Position numbers and translations under genes: made by a program
Source: Ginglymostoma cirratum
Lineage: Eukaryota
Assembly (NCBI GenBank): GCA_024137785.1
Contig: JAHRHZ010000093.1
Coordinates: forward strand, 3,910,087-3,974,086
Length of the DNA stretch: 64,000 nucleotides
Reading direction: 5' to 3'
The notes under the pieces: generated by a model
The model's database searches: none
Told to the model about the DNA's origin: nothing
The model's input: only the letters and a program-made list of their open reading frames with translations
Shown: piece by piece, positions 1 through 13,686 of the stretch
Layout of the letters: every line of letters starts with the position of its first letter
Numbering within the stretch: the first letter of the stretch is position 1

Positions 1-1499
1 AAGGTGGCATTCTGTGCCTGGGCTCCCACTTCGGGGTCTACGTGGCAGAAATTTACAAGTGTTTTCTTTTTAAAATCTGGCTTGTAAATCTGACAATCAC
101 TTTACTCTGATTACCCCCAAGTTAATGAGTCCGATTCAGTCGTTGAACCCATTTAAATACCAGGTGAAGAGTAATTGAGCCAAAGAACAGAAGCAACAGA
201 CCTGAATCTGACAAGCAACAAGGAGGCACACTGACCTCTCAGCCTTTGAGGGGAGGGTGGATGGGGGGCATGTACGAACTCTGAGTACAGTAAGACAGAG
301 CATTGAAAACTCATTGTGAATTATTTATATTCACTCAATGGGCACAGGCCTAGGGTTGATGTGATCTTGCTAATCATACTTCACCATCTCTAAATGATAT
401 ATTGTAGATAATATTCATGCTTTCATACAACATACATTAATGCGATAAAGTCACATCATTTAAAAATGAAAGTTAAACCCCCAGACCTTGACTAAAACTA
501 TGGCTGTTCTTTTTTGGCGACCAGAAGACAAGCTGGTTTCACACCATATGGAGAATGGTAGTTGCATAGCAATTAGCTGTGGTGATTAATGGCGAACAGA
601 CTCTCATTTTATGCTTCTAACGGAGGGCACATTTGCGCCCTAGTGCAAATTCAGCACATCCGAACTTCTCTCAACAATGATGCAGAGTAGGATAGTGGGT
701 TTGCGGTGTGACAACCAAGAGAAGCAGGCAGAGAGGGGAGTGCTGCCCTGTGCTTAGGAGCCACAAAGGATTTGCAATTGAAAAGAGCATTAGAGGCACA
801 ATGGTTGACAGCTCCCACATCAGCCTGGTCACGTCTAGTAATAAATAAACAGCGCCCCAATAAAACCTTGCTTCAATAGTCAACAATGAAACCTGTAATC
901 TCCCTCATCAGCTGGGTGACCTTTCACAAGGCACCTTTTTATTTCCAGCCCCCTCACAACACTGAAATATATTATCCGTGTGGTGCTCTGTTTCCTAGAA
1001 TCTGGACCATACAGTGGTGGGAATTTTGGGCACCCTCCCTAATCTGACCTGACCCTTACCTACAGAGCACTGCAAATCCACAACACACTAACAGATAGAG
1101 AAGAGAAGCAGGCAATTGATAGTGTGGGCTAGCTATTCACTGTGGAACACAAACTTAACATTATAGAGCAAGGTTCCCACAAATGGAAAAAAATCAAATA
1201 GCCGAGGGAATGAGTATTTTCCCCCACCATGGAAATGTCTGGGTGTTTGTCCAGTGTCTCAAGAGATTAAGTCAATGAGCCCCTCGGCCATTCAGACCAG
1301 GATGGATCCACATTAACCCATCTGTCAGGCCATTGCATTGGAGCAGGAAACTGTGTTGCCAAAATCTGCTGGAATTTGCACCCAGGTGGTAGACGATGAT
1401 CCGAAAGATCGTATCACCCTTGCTTCCACCTCCCCCCACCACCAAACAAAGAACCCCAGACAGAAATTGCAGCACACTGTTAACTCGCATAGAATCCCA

Positions 1500-1810
1500 G
1501 CCCAGTCAGGAGTCAACACCTTCAGATCAACAGAAGAAAATTATCAACAAAATGTCAGCCCTGTCTGTTCTTTCCAGGAACTCTCCTACTTGGTTGTAAC
1601 ACCTCTGCAAAACAACAATTTTCACTTAACATCAAACTCCACAACAGAACCAGATTGGAGCAGAGTCCCACAGGAAAAGGTTCTCACAGAGTTTATATTG
1701 CAAACTCGAGGATCGAACATCTACAAATGTTCTGCAGCCCCCCTTAGCAGATTCAGACTCTGGCACAGGTATCAGCAAAATACCATATTTGTTACAATGA
1801 CCCATCCCTT
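1500..1810 (+). mobile_element. Possible highly decayed Penelope-like RT fragment
   Basis: ORF 1338..1826 has ELSYLVVT...NNNFHL and RLWHRYQQNTIFV, loosely like PLE RT segments (L..N.F.F; W.RY.DD.FV) but without the catalytic Asp pair. Confidence 0.3.
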
Positions 1811-3743
1811 TACACAGCCATCATAATTGAGTCTTTTGTATTTCACAATGTTTTGAGATTATAAAATGAATCAGGCATATTCTTTAGATACAGCTACCCT
1901 ACCTTTGATGCAAAATTTCAAATTATTATAAATAAATTGAAAGTCTATTTTTGACAAATGTAACCTGATGTATAACATCTTGGGTGATAAAATTAAGAAA
2001 CTTTAAAATTTAGCCAGCACTTTCTGAAAACTGTGTTTGTCCAGGTTAAGCGGAATGGTTTGTAATGAACATAAAAAGATTCACAGCCAGCACCCAGTTA
2101 CTGTCCAACCTAGTACAAGCCAAATGCAGCACATTAGCCTATTACAATACCTATCCCCTCCTCTCTGCATCAAAGCACCTGTAAAGTCTTGAATAAGACT
2201 GGTCTCACTTGGAGAAATATTAAGCATAGGGTTGCCCTTTTAAAAGACAATCATTTCTGTGTTTAAATCAATGTTGTGTTATTAGAATCTCTTCCCTGCA
2301 AATGTTTTTCTTCCATAATATTGAGCTGACCTTCTCAGGTATAGAAGGATACTCCAGCTGTCCTGAGAATCTAGCTTTTTCAGGAGCAGAAGGGCACTTA
2401 TTTGTTGAACAACCATAAATCTCAATTATAACAACTGCAACACAAATGTCTTGTTTTCAATTTTTGTTTCTCTATTCATTATGTTCCCTAGCTTACTCCC
2501 TCTCCTCTCCTGTGAACGAATACTGAAGTTTTATTTCATAGGCATTGATACTTCATGAGTGGCCAGGCAGTTTTTGATTAGATTCCAGAAAGTCGGCATC
2601 CGTGTGCTTGCTCGGAGCATTTATGCTGCTAAACACGCTCCTCATCTTCCAGACTTGTACATGAATGTTACTGTACATTTATAGATGCCAATACGCAAGG
2701 AACCTTACAACACAGGAGATCATCCAGCCAATCATACATTTGCTTTGTCCCCATTGACCTTAATTATGTTTCCTTTGCAAGTATTTGTCCAATTCCCTTT
2801 TGAAACCTACTACTGACTCTGCTTCCACAACCCTTTCAGGCAGCACAATCCAGCCAACGTAAAACAATATCGGGTGAGCTAGAGAACCTTTCAGACCAGA
2901 GTTAAGTACAATGTGTCTTCAGCAGATACGTGCAGAGCGAATTCCCTCACCATCCCTGCTGCCCCCATTGACACCCAATACTACACACAATACAAGCAAA
3001 CAAAACATGCACACACACATAGACTATCAATGCAGGAACATGCATACATACACACACACACCATACTCATCCATGACTGCATGTGGTTTTCCATCAGGAG
3101 CCTGTGGGTACTCAGGTAAAATTATTCTATTTTTTCCTTGTTCCAAGAACACCGAAGTGAACACAAGCACACCCAGCTTCTACCCTGCCTGAGCATGCAC
3201 AAGGAAGGTTGTATATTCAGCATCATTTGTCTTTCTTTTCATGGACTATTTTCCATAATTTATGTTTCTTTTACATCAAACACAAAATTAGAACAATAGG
3301 TTACATAAAAAAGGGACAACATTGCCACATTAAATGCTTTGAAGCCTGGAAATATGATATTCCACTGCCTACTATTTTAACAGAGGCATTGACCTATTTA
3401 TCTTAAATGGGTTAACTACACTGTTAAAATAGTGGAGAAAGAATGTGATGTGAAATCTCTCCATGGCATCATGCCACTCCATAGCCGTGATGATCTCCCA
3501 TGTCAGTCTTTACTTCTTGATCCTCTAATGCCTGTGGCTCATCAATCCCCTTCTCACCTCACTGTTCCTGCAAGAACCTCCAGTGAGGGAATCCTACATC
3601 CTGAAGCTTCTTCATGCCACATATCTGTTCTAATACTTCTCTTCATCTCATTAAAACCTTCCTCAAACCGATATTTTAAGAAAAAACATTTTTCAGTTTT
3701 CTCTGATTCTTATCATCCAGTTCAACTCTTCCAAGAACTTTTC

Positions 3744-4078
3744 AACCTGACAATTCAGTTGCAGTACTGAAGGAGTACTGTGTTGTCAGAGATGCCATCT
3801 TTTGGCTGGTCTATTGGATCATGTTTACTATTTGTCTGACCAATGGGACCCTATTGTACAGCTCATCAGTGTCCTGGCTAATACTTTTCCTCCACCCAAG
3901 TCCAATTCCACCATGTACAAACCAACAAGTCATTCATCTCATTAATGTCTGAAAGCCTTTGCTGTACACAAATTGACTCCCATTTGGTATGTTAGAAGTA
4001 ACTTCACTTCAGAGGTTATTTATTAATTATAAAGCACTCTCCTAAAAATGTGATCATGCATTATTTAAAGGCAAGTTC
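3744..4078 (+). mobile_element. Ancient Deu-domain SINE (SacSINE1/AmnSINE-like), decayed
   Basis: gcagtactgaaggagtactgtgttgtcagagatgccatcttt...gtgtcctggctaata...ttgctgtacacaaattg resembles the Deu domain; homologous to the reverse complement of 30985-31395. Confidence 0.7.
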
Positions 4079-6094
4079 TTTAATTCTATTCAAATGTATT
4101 TTATAGCTGTCGGTTTCACAGTTAGTATTTTCCTCATGATTATAGGTAGTTGCCATTAAATAAACTGTGTAGTGTGTAATTCACTAAATGGAACAATTTA
4201 CCTATTTACCAGGTTAGCACTGATTATCCTTTGCTGTTCTTTATATTGTGGTATACTATGTAGTATTTTAAAATTACAAATGAATATAACAAAAAAAATT
4301 ACTTTTTTCCAAAATGGCAAATAATAGTTCTTTCTTTATCTGGAATCTGAATAATAGTCCACCGGAAGCTGGGATAGCATTGAGAGGCACGGATGCTTGA
4401 TCAGGTAATTGCCTCTGAAGCTACTCAATGGTGAGGCTGCGGGTTCCTGATCTAATGTTGTTAACAGTTATCACTAAACTCCTACATTTAAAAGCTAGAG
4501 AATCGATTTTGTTTAACATTTCCTGAAACCAGGACTGCCCAATATTCAAATTGAACTTATTTTTATTTCCTCAACTTCCCTTCTGAATATAGAGAAAGTG
4601 GAAATCAGACAAATGGGCAGACCGAGCCATTGCAGTAATGGATCTTTCAAACCTCACTAAAAGCAGCTTAAAACACATGCAAAGCACACTAGTGAACGGG
4701 CATAAAATGGTTCCCAGAATCACTGAGGGAGTTGTGGCCTTGTTTATACACTTGCTAACCTAACGCTGAGTCTATAATGTAGCCGTATACAACGAAAATG
4801 TTACAAGTTAAGAGACATTCACTGTTTGATTTCCAGAAAGCAGTATTACGGGTCCATTCCAGCATTTATTATTCATAAGGACCCATTAGTGACTTTTACA
4901 AATGGGTCAGTGGGGTTACTCTGTGCCTGTCAAATATAATGATTTAAATTACTATTTTACTACTTGTGTTATGGAAGCAGGTAACTATAAAACAATTGTT
5001 AGAGGCATGAAGTCCACTTGCACGTAGGCACTATAGCACTTAAAACCAATGTCCAAACGTGATGATTTCATCGAATGGTAAGAGGCCTGTGATTTTTACC
5101 CCTTCTTCTCCCAAACGTTTCACTCTACAATTGCTGGCTGCCTTCCAATGGCCGCACTGGGCAGCCGCAGATTCTTTGCATCTGGGCGGCCAGGCCTAAA
5201 TCAACCAGCTTTGTCCACTGCACCTTCCAGCAAAGAGAATCCAATAGACTGCAAGGGCGCTCTCACGCTCACACCCAGTGGCAGTGGCCGCGTCCTCAAA
5301 TGTTGGCCAGTAGGGGTCACTAACTGCGGCTGGGCAACGGGGTCTCACCATTGCCCTGAGACATTTGGGGGGGGGGGAGGGGTGTTGGAGCAGCATTTGA
5401 TCCGCTTCATAGACACACACAAAAATAAACAAATTCACTGTGGAATAAGTTCCAGGCGTTTTCGGACAGCATAACAATGCAAGCATTTTTCTTCTTTAAA
5501 TGGCATACTTTGGAACTTGGAACAAGGACAATTTCCAGGACAAGCTCCTTGCTGTGTTGTGACTATATCAACATCATTTTTAGTTGGTGCCGCCAGCTGC
5601 TTTAAGCCTGGGTACCCCAATTCCTGCCACTGCACACTCTTCATGGCTTTCCTACAACATGAGCCAGGGGAGGTCATGTTCCTGAGATTATGAGTTACTT
5701 TCTCCACGTTATTCCCTCGAAACAGCCTGCTGCGGTTTTCCGACACTTAAATCTGTTCTGGAACCACATATGGGATTTTTTTGTTGTTTTTTTTGACGGC
5801 ATTGTCCACTTCCTGTGACTGCTAAAATAATTACAGCTGTTGTAGTTGTTATGGGACAGATGAAAACTTAGTAGGAATGATGCTATGGAACCAGACTGGA
5901 ATAAATCACTCTCTCTAACAGCAAAGTTTGTCTTAAACCGCGTTTGGACACCACAGGCTTTAATGCAGTCCAGCTGGGAGCTGGGGAAACATTTATTATA
6001 ATGGGAGGTTTTTTAATCCCTGAATTTGTTATAATGAGATAAATGTCATTAGTCAGTTGGAATAATTTGTCAAGTCTCGCAAATCTTCCAAGCC

Positions 6095-6350
6095 AAACAG
6101 TGAAATCAAGACCAGAAGGTCTCAAGTCCGATTCCTGGTCTGTTATGAGTTAGGTGGTGCTGCAGAAGAAATTGGCCTCGGTGCCCCTAGGGTTAAAGAG
6201 GGAAAATAGCAGCCAGGTTTCCTGTTCCTGACCAGTGTTGAGTGACTCCTGCTGGATAGTGCATGCACAAGGCCGGCAGAGGACCTTCGAATGAGATTCA
6301 GCTCACAGATCAGTATGTCTGACATATTCAGTTGTTAGCTGCCCGCCCCA
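6095..6350 (+). mobile_element. Decayed SINE-like repeat
   Basis: accagaaggtctcaagtccgattcctggtctg (B-box-like), then attggcctcggtgcccctagg...cagccaggtttcctgttcctga; a short similar piece lies near 33895-33930. Confidence 0.45.
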
Positions 6351-6925
6351 TTCACTGTTTCAGTCGAGACCTGAAAAAAATATTGCTAACTCGGTTTGGA
6401 ATGGGGTTTGGAGGAGAAGAGAATTCGGAGAACCAATTAAACTGCAGCACGGGCACCAGACAGAGGAAAATAAATGAGGAGCTGGGGAAAATAGAGATTA
6501 TTGTTTAATCGATTTTTTTGAATCAACAATAATATTTGGATAATCTGCCACATACTAGGACAATGGTAAAAACTCATATCAGTCCGACATTCCAGGCGCA
6601 AACTATTGGTGAAATTATTTTGAATTTTAAAAAGTAGTTTTTAAAATATATATGCTTCCAAATGGCTTAGGAAGACATTTCAAATCCTACAGTTGGATTT
6701 CTGAAAAGTCGTCGCTTTGGCTTGCTTCTTTAGTGAGCACACAGAACTGAACAAAACAAAATACTGTGGCTGAAGCTGTGGTCCATAAGGTACAGCGAAT
6801 GTAGCTCAGTATGTTGTTTCTGCAGTCTTGTTTAATTGCTGCTGAAATGGAAATTAGTCAACGCTTTGGGAACAAAACAAACAAGTTTGTGGGGAGAAAC
6901 TTTAGGACATCTCTGATGTTCCTTA

Positions 6926-7081
<156 letters not shown>

Positions 7082-9333
7082 CTAATGTCAGGATTTGAAC
7101 ACCATTGAAAAGGACAGAACTTATTTATCTTCCGGGCCATGTTGAGGGGTTTGCTATGCGGATTCGGAGTACAGTTCAGAGTCAGTCACATTGGCGAGAG
7201 GCTGGAATCCTCTGAAAAAATGTATATACAATTTCTTAGTTCGCAATGGTGGGGGTTGAACTCCAGTACATCTGGGTTCACCGCTCCTCTGCTCAGTAAC
7301 ATAACCGCTACATTGTCAAGCGTTGTCGTGGGATAATAGCATGGAGATATTCCCAGATCCACATTCACTCGTACTGAGGTTCTAGCTTCTCTGCATCAAA
7401 GTACTGACTGCCAGATAAATCTTTTTAACATTTTGCAGGACAGAACTGTTTTGTTTAAAATACAGTAAGTAGAGTTGTTAGGAAATATCCAACTTAACAC
7501 ATTGTAATGTGTTGTATTTTGTTATAGTGTTGTCACTGAATGTTCCCGAAAAAAATGAGCGAAACAGGACAAAATTTGTTAGTCTGCATTTTCCTTTCAC
7601 CGTATTCCTTCTCTTTAGCTTTATATTTTGCATGTTAACGGTCTGTATTCATGTTCGTTCCAGTATTTGCTAAGGATCTCAGTCCATACCTGTAAATCTA
7701 CCTTTTCTTATCAATGTCCGCCAAACTTACTCAAGCGCGATAGGAATTTAAATCCAAAATAAGTTGAGGTATTTAAACGGGAGACTTGCCTAGATTCCAA
7801 CCTGACGTGTTACCGTTCACTTGGTCAATGTTAATTGCCCGACTATTTCTCTCGGTTCATTTTTTTTGTGTGTATATGCTGGCGAATCCAGAGTTCCTAC
7901 TGGGTTAAAACTGCAAAGCACTCGCCAACATTTCCTGGCGAATTAAAGAGACTCAAGGCCAGCCTGGGTCCGAAAGACGGGGCTGCACAGGGCAAATTCA
8001 CATCTGTGCGAGGCCTTTCCATCTCCCTTACTTCCGAAAGGAACATTTTACAGATCGTCCATAAAGGGAGTTTGCAAAAGTTGGCAGTAATTTTGTACTC
8101 CCCGGTGCGGCAATGATCACCAGTCGTTCCCAGAACTTGGCGATGAAGACAGCATCCTTACGGTGATCAGTTACTCATCTGCATTCCATGCTGAAAATAA
8201 GTGCCACTTTATACAGGCAGGCTGTACTCTGAGTAAGTCAGGGCATTACAAAAGTAAAGGGAGTGTGGGCCTTCCTTCACTTAATAAGAGCGGGGAGAAG
8301 GGTGCAGTACCAAGATGCTAGGATTCTCTCACTAAAAGGCCACGCAAATTGTTCTGTCATGTTACAGTTATCAAATTGTGAATATAGACGCATTCGGTGC
8401 ACTCCAGCTACTAATTCTTGGACTTTACAATTATCCTGGTGAGGCATTTTATACTGTGCAACTTGGTATCTTTCCGATATTACACCAATGTTAACAATGG
8501 AACAGAATGGAAATCCAGCATAGAATGCACATTACACGGCTCGCTAATTTCATGTTAATTTCCACATTTGCCAAAAAAAATTCTTCGACAAAGTGAACTG
8601 TGATACACCTCACTGTTGCCCATACAGAATGCAGCGTCGCGTGTCAATATTGTGTATCAACAAGGAGGCCGAACACAATGTCATCTCCTGTTTTTTTTTT
8701 GAAAAAGGTACAATCGGGATTCGGAATCTTTGAGATATCCTGCCATGGCAGTGGGTTAGGGGTTGGGGATGCCGGTGGGAGAGAGGGTGAGGGGATCCGG
8801 GGACGTGTAACGCTGACTGTGGGCCGCAGACAAAGCGTAGCTGAGATGGAGAGAATGGGGCAGCAGATTTGGAGAGATATTCGCCGACAGATGGTGAGCT
8901 GCGTTCAGTATGCCACCCCAACTGTTCCCATGTGTTTTATTGTTGTTTCCGCCAGCTCTGTTTTCGTGTGAAAGCTTAACCTGGTTCCCTTGCAGACGCA
9001 CAAGAGAAGACAACAACAGAGGCGAAAGAACACTCAGGAAAAATAGCGAACTAATCACCTTTCCTGGTGTGGCTTTAACATAAATAAAATAAAATAAATT
9101 GTAAAAGCAATATATTAATAAATGATTTAACGAGAGAAATATATTAAATCCAGCAGTGGGAATACAGCCTTGGAAGCAATGTGTTTGATCACAGTGCTAT
9201 CTGGGATTTTTTATATTTCATACATTTTTAATGCCCACAGATAATTATTCTTACATTACACATACCGTCAGAGCATGTGAGTAGGCATTTAGAATAATAT
9301 TCCGTCTGACTAGATTTATGTGGGTTCTAAGCC

Positions 9334-9370
9334 ACCCCCCCCCCCACACACACACACACACACACACACC
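9334..9370. repeat. Poly-C plus (CA)n microsatellite
   Basis: Read directly; further (CA)n or (CT)n tracts at about 10167-10188, 13911-13956, 14247-14298 and 15809-15837. Confidence 0.95.
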
Positions 9371-11406
9371 GCCACGGTTTACAAATGGTACTGTGTGCAT
9401 TTGTGTGTGTGTGAAACAGAACTAGAATTTCAACAAAATAAAGCATCAAGCCTGGCCACTCCAGAAGTCTGACGGGTTCGGGATAATCAAATTCTTGCGG
9501 GTCCAGCGCAGTCGCGGGACTTCAACCTTATTTTACAAAGTACTCAGTGAAATCGCTCTGATTTAAAGGGGACAGTGTCTTCCGTCTCTCACAGGCAGAA
9601 GAAACCCTAATCTGTTCCATTTAGGGCTATCCTCCCAAGAAAAAATGGATAATCTGTTTGCGTGTGGGTTAATGGGATGGTTTTTTTGGGGGGGGAACAG
9701 AAAATAATTGTCCAACAACAGCAGAAGGTCCACATCATTACACAAAAAGTTATCTCGAGTTAATTCAACATTCTAGCAAGACCACACTCCAAGCAGAGGT
9801 AGGGTGTATAAATACTCGCCAAGAAGTTGCTGTTGCATTGTAACAGCGAAACGATTAGTTTAACAAAGATCATACGTATATTTTTGTGGTTGTTCAAGAC
9901 AAAAACATATTTGTTTGAATGCGGATCAATATTTTTAGAGTTAAAATTGGTTCTTTTCTCTGACTGCGCAGCGCTCTTCTTTCTCTGTTCGACCTGGTCT
10001 GACAGACCTCAATAGCAGGAAATCGCGTGCAGAAAAAAAAGTATCAAACGATCCGTGGAGACATTTTCATCCCAAAGAGTTGTCTGTTGATCTTACGGTT
10101 TGACTTAGGCAGGAAACGAGACACATTCAGAAGTAAACGTGGCGGGGATGTGAGCGTGAAGATTTTACACACACACACACACACACACAGAGCAAAACAA
10201 AAATAACGTTGTTACATTACAATTCTTTTCTTAAATCGCCTGAACTGATGTCCGTTTGCAGCCGCCGTGAAATTGCCCTTTTAAAAGACAGGGCAAATTT
10301 TGCACTGAATTGGCGTCCCTGGCAGGGTTACAATTCTGCTGTACTCTGTGCTGGGACACAGTTGACACCCCGAGTCCATAAACCGTGAGAACATCCAGGG
10401 GCAGAATTGTTTTATTATCATTAAGGGTAACAACTCTGAGATAAAATTGGAATTAACTCGAAAGCGACTTTTGTCGTTCGGGTAAAACGTTGCCTGTTGA
10501 TTAACTGAATCTTGGGGGCGGGGGGAAGACTGTACATTCACAGTCGCTGCTGGGTGCAATCTTCATTGGTAACAAACTGGACTATTTAACCCTTGGGGCG
10601 AGTGCTTAACGATAAGGGGAGTGCCTGCTAACCTGGCGAAACGCACAACATTCAGATAAGTCAATGTGCCAGGAGGTTGCTTTTACACGGAACAACTTCT
10701 CTAGTTTTGTACGGAGGTGCGGCTATTCCGCGCACCCGGTTTAAAACACACAGACAAACACACACGCACACTGCCTGTGAACTGGAGTGAAATTAAAGGC
10801 ATCGGTCTGCATAAATACGAAAGCAAAAAAAATCCTTCAACAATTTACACTCAAAGTGCCCCGACATATTTGCACTTTTTAAAGTTCCTACAACTTGAGG
10901 GCGGGGGATCGGCACTGAGGGGACACTATAACACCTAGCGCCACCTCCAAAGTGGAGAGGAGTTCTCTTCCTTGTCTCTGTCGAGGCGAGGTCTTCCTCC
11001 TGTCAATGTTAACAGAGTGGAGAGACTCCCTCTTCCCCTCTCCCGCTACATCCTCTCTCACCCCTCTCTGCCTCGGGAACAAAACTTTCTTTTTGTTCCT
11101 GTTAATTTTTTTTTGTTAAATTTTCTGTCAGAAAGAAAGGACCTCTTAACTTGCTCGCAGCATTGCCTGAACTTCCCCAAAACAGACCGACGTCAGGAAA
11201 CCGTTTCCTTGACTTTGAACGTTTCAGAATAATTATAAACCTCCGGCAGTTTTGTTTCATAACTTGTCGGAGTGCCATTAGCCTCGCTAGCTCCAGGACC
11301 TGTAGTTTAATCTGAACCCTCTGGACACCATTCAAACCTTGTTCTCGTCTTACGTGCTTCTATTTATATACAATTCCTGATAATTTTACGTGAAATATCA
11401 GCTTAC

Positions 11407-11462
11407 CTGTTTTGTCATCGAGTCGATGAGGCGAACATACAAATCCTGCTCGGTCCTTATTC
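11407..11462 (-). CDS. EBF1: EBF1 coding exon 4 (56 nt)
   Basis: Reads (G)IRTEQDLYVRLIDSMTKQ; acceptor TAG at 11465-11463, donor GTAAGC at 11406-11401. Confidence 0.97.
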
Positions 11463-12151
11463 CTAAATATCAGAACATATTGCAGATTGTCAGTCTGAAG
11501 GCCTCACTTGGTAAATGTAATGTCTTTTAGCAATACTTTAATTGTGGGTTGTACCTCCGGATCCCTCATCAAATTCTTCCCATATTTAGGGGCGAACATT
11601 CCCCAGCCTTAAACAGAATACCCAGGAACAGAGCAGTAAATCCGGGTGGAAGTGTTGCTGCACATGGAAAAAGCGGCTGGTGGCGATTTTTCAGAAGGTT
11701 AGGGGGAAATTAAAGGCGGACGAAGGAGGGGAGTGCTGTTAACAAGGACAGTATAAAGACTTCACTGATTCAAAACTGGCTTTCTGGACCACTCTCCAAA
11801 ACTCCCTCGAACGCAAGGCGAATGATTAAAACTCAATTTTTAAAAAAAATTCTAAGCCTAGTCTAGAGACAGATATAAGGAACTTCGGTGAGATACATAA
11901 AGCCAACATTTTATAATGAAAAAGAGTGAATATGTATGACAGAGAGAGAGAGTGGGAAGGATAAAGAGTGAGTTTAAACTGCTTGAAGCTTCTAAGCGAT
12001 ATGAAATGCAAGTTCCAGCACAAGGGACAAGTAACAGAGAAGGGATGTGCAAGTTACGGTGAGACTGAATTTAAACTATGCCTACTCCCGTTCCCGAAGA
12101 GCTAGCTCCAAGTTAGCAGCGACTACCATATGGCGACAGAAAGCGACTTAC

Positions 12152-12215
12152 CATTGCTGTAGAGAAGCTGTAATCTGTAGTGAATCCCGTTATTGGTCTT
12201 TTCACCACCGATTTC
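12152..12215 (-). CDS. EBF1: EBF1 coding exon 3 (64 nt)
   Basis: Reads EIGGEKTNNGIHYRLQLLYSN(G); acceptor TTTCAG, donor GTAAGT. Confidence 0.97.
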
Positions 12216-12705
12216 CTGAAACATTATTTTTAAAGATGCCGGATTTTAGAGAAATTTGTGCTAAATAGAGTGAAATCTCAATTAAGATACCTTGCAAAGA
12301 AAAGTCGTCAGGGTTTAACCACGCGAGATTCTCACCGGGGCGCCCAGTCCCTCAATCAATCAGTCCTTAGTTGATTTTGTTATATTTAAATCTGAATGTT
12401 TTGGTAAAAAGATTATTTCCCCCCCCATTTGAATGTAAGAGACGGAGCAAAGTTAAGTTTCTCTAGGGTATGTGTTTATATCGAACTGTATATGTAAAGG
12501 GCTCTGTACATATGAATATACATCGCACTTGTAAAAATGTTTTCATTACAGAAACGATACCAAATACATTTCAAAGTCTCCGTTTTAGTATAAAGCAGAG
12601 AGTTAAGCCAATGTTGGAGACAATTTTTTAACGCGCTTTGGCTCAGGCAGCTTAGCAGTTCCACCCCCAGAAACTTGGCCCCCGGTCGTTTCCTACAAAC
12701 TTCTA

Positions 12706-13014
<309 letters not shown>

Positions 13015-13552
13015 CTAAAAATACAATCTGCATCCTTTTATTTTAAATACAAAAAAATTCTCAATAGCACTGGAGAAGTTGAAGGTCCCAACACTCTAAC
13101 ATGCCCTAATTGAGTTGTACCGTCGTGTCAACGGTGGTGAGATGTTTAACTAACTTTTGGGGTGTTAGAAGAAGGGTGATTTTATTTTATTTTTAAAAAA
13201 AATCTATACTTTTAAGTTGAACGGTTTAAAACAAAGTTAGCGTCTTGAACTGAACCAGTCAACATAACGGGGAAAAGGTAAATATGGACGGGGCGTTCAA
13301 TTGTAATCAATTCATCAAATAAAAAGATACTCCGACAGCCCAAAGGAAGAAAACAACAAAAAAAAACACACACAGTGGGACGGTAAATGATTGGGAATCA
13401 AACGTTGCTGAAAATATGTCAGAATTTGAAAAAAAATGTATGTGGCCTGTCTCTGACTTACAAAGAGCTTCGCCAGATCTACGGTCGGGTTGTAAATAGA
13501 TTTGCCACAAATACAGTGTGCGCTCAAAATTGAGAGAAATTGCATTGCCTAC

Positions 13553-13686
13553 CTCTGAGCGGCCGAAGTAGCATCCATGATGCCGGCTCCTTGCATCCAG
13601 GACCGGACAGCGTTGATCCCGCTTCCCAGAGGCTCTTCCTTCATGCTGCCTCCGCTTCGTTGGATGTTTTCCTGAATACCGAACAT
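13553..13686 (-). CDS. EBF1: EBF1 coding exon 1 (134 nt from ATG), early B-cell factor 1 / COE1
   Basis: Reads [44 protein letters not shown](S). IQRSG, NAVR and MQGAG fit EBF1 better than EBF3, and RNF145 is the known EBF1 neighbour. Donor GTAGGC at 13552. Confidence 0.95.

Noticed and set aside
1-6900. EBF1 exon 6 (RCCDKKSCGNRNETPSDP)
   Set aside because: Searched by eye on the minus strand and not found; presumably left of the window.
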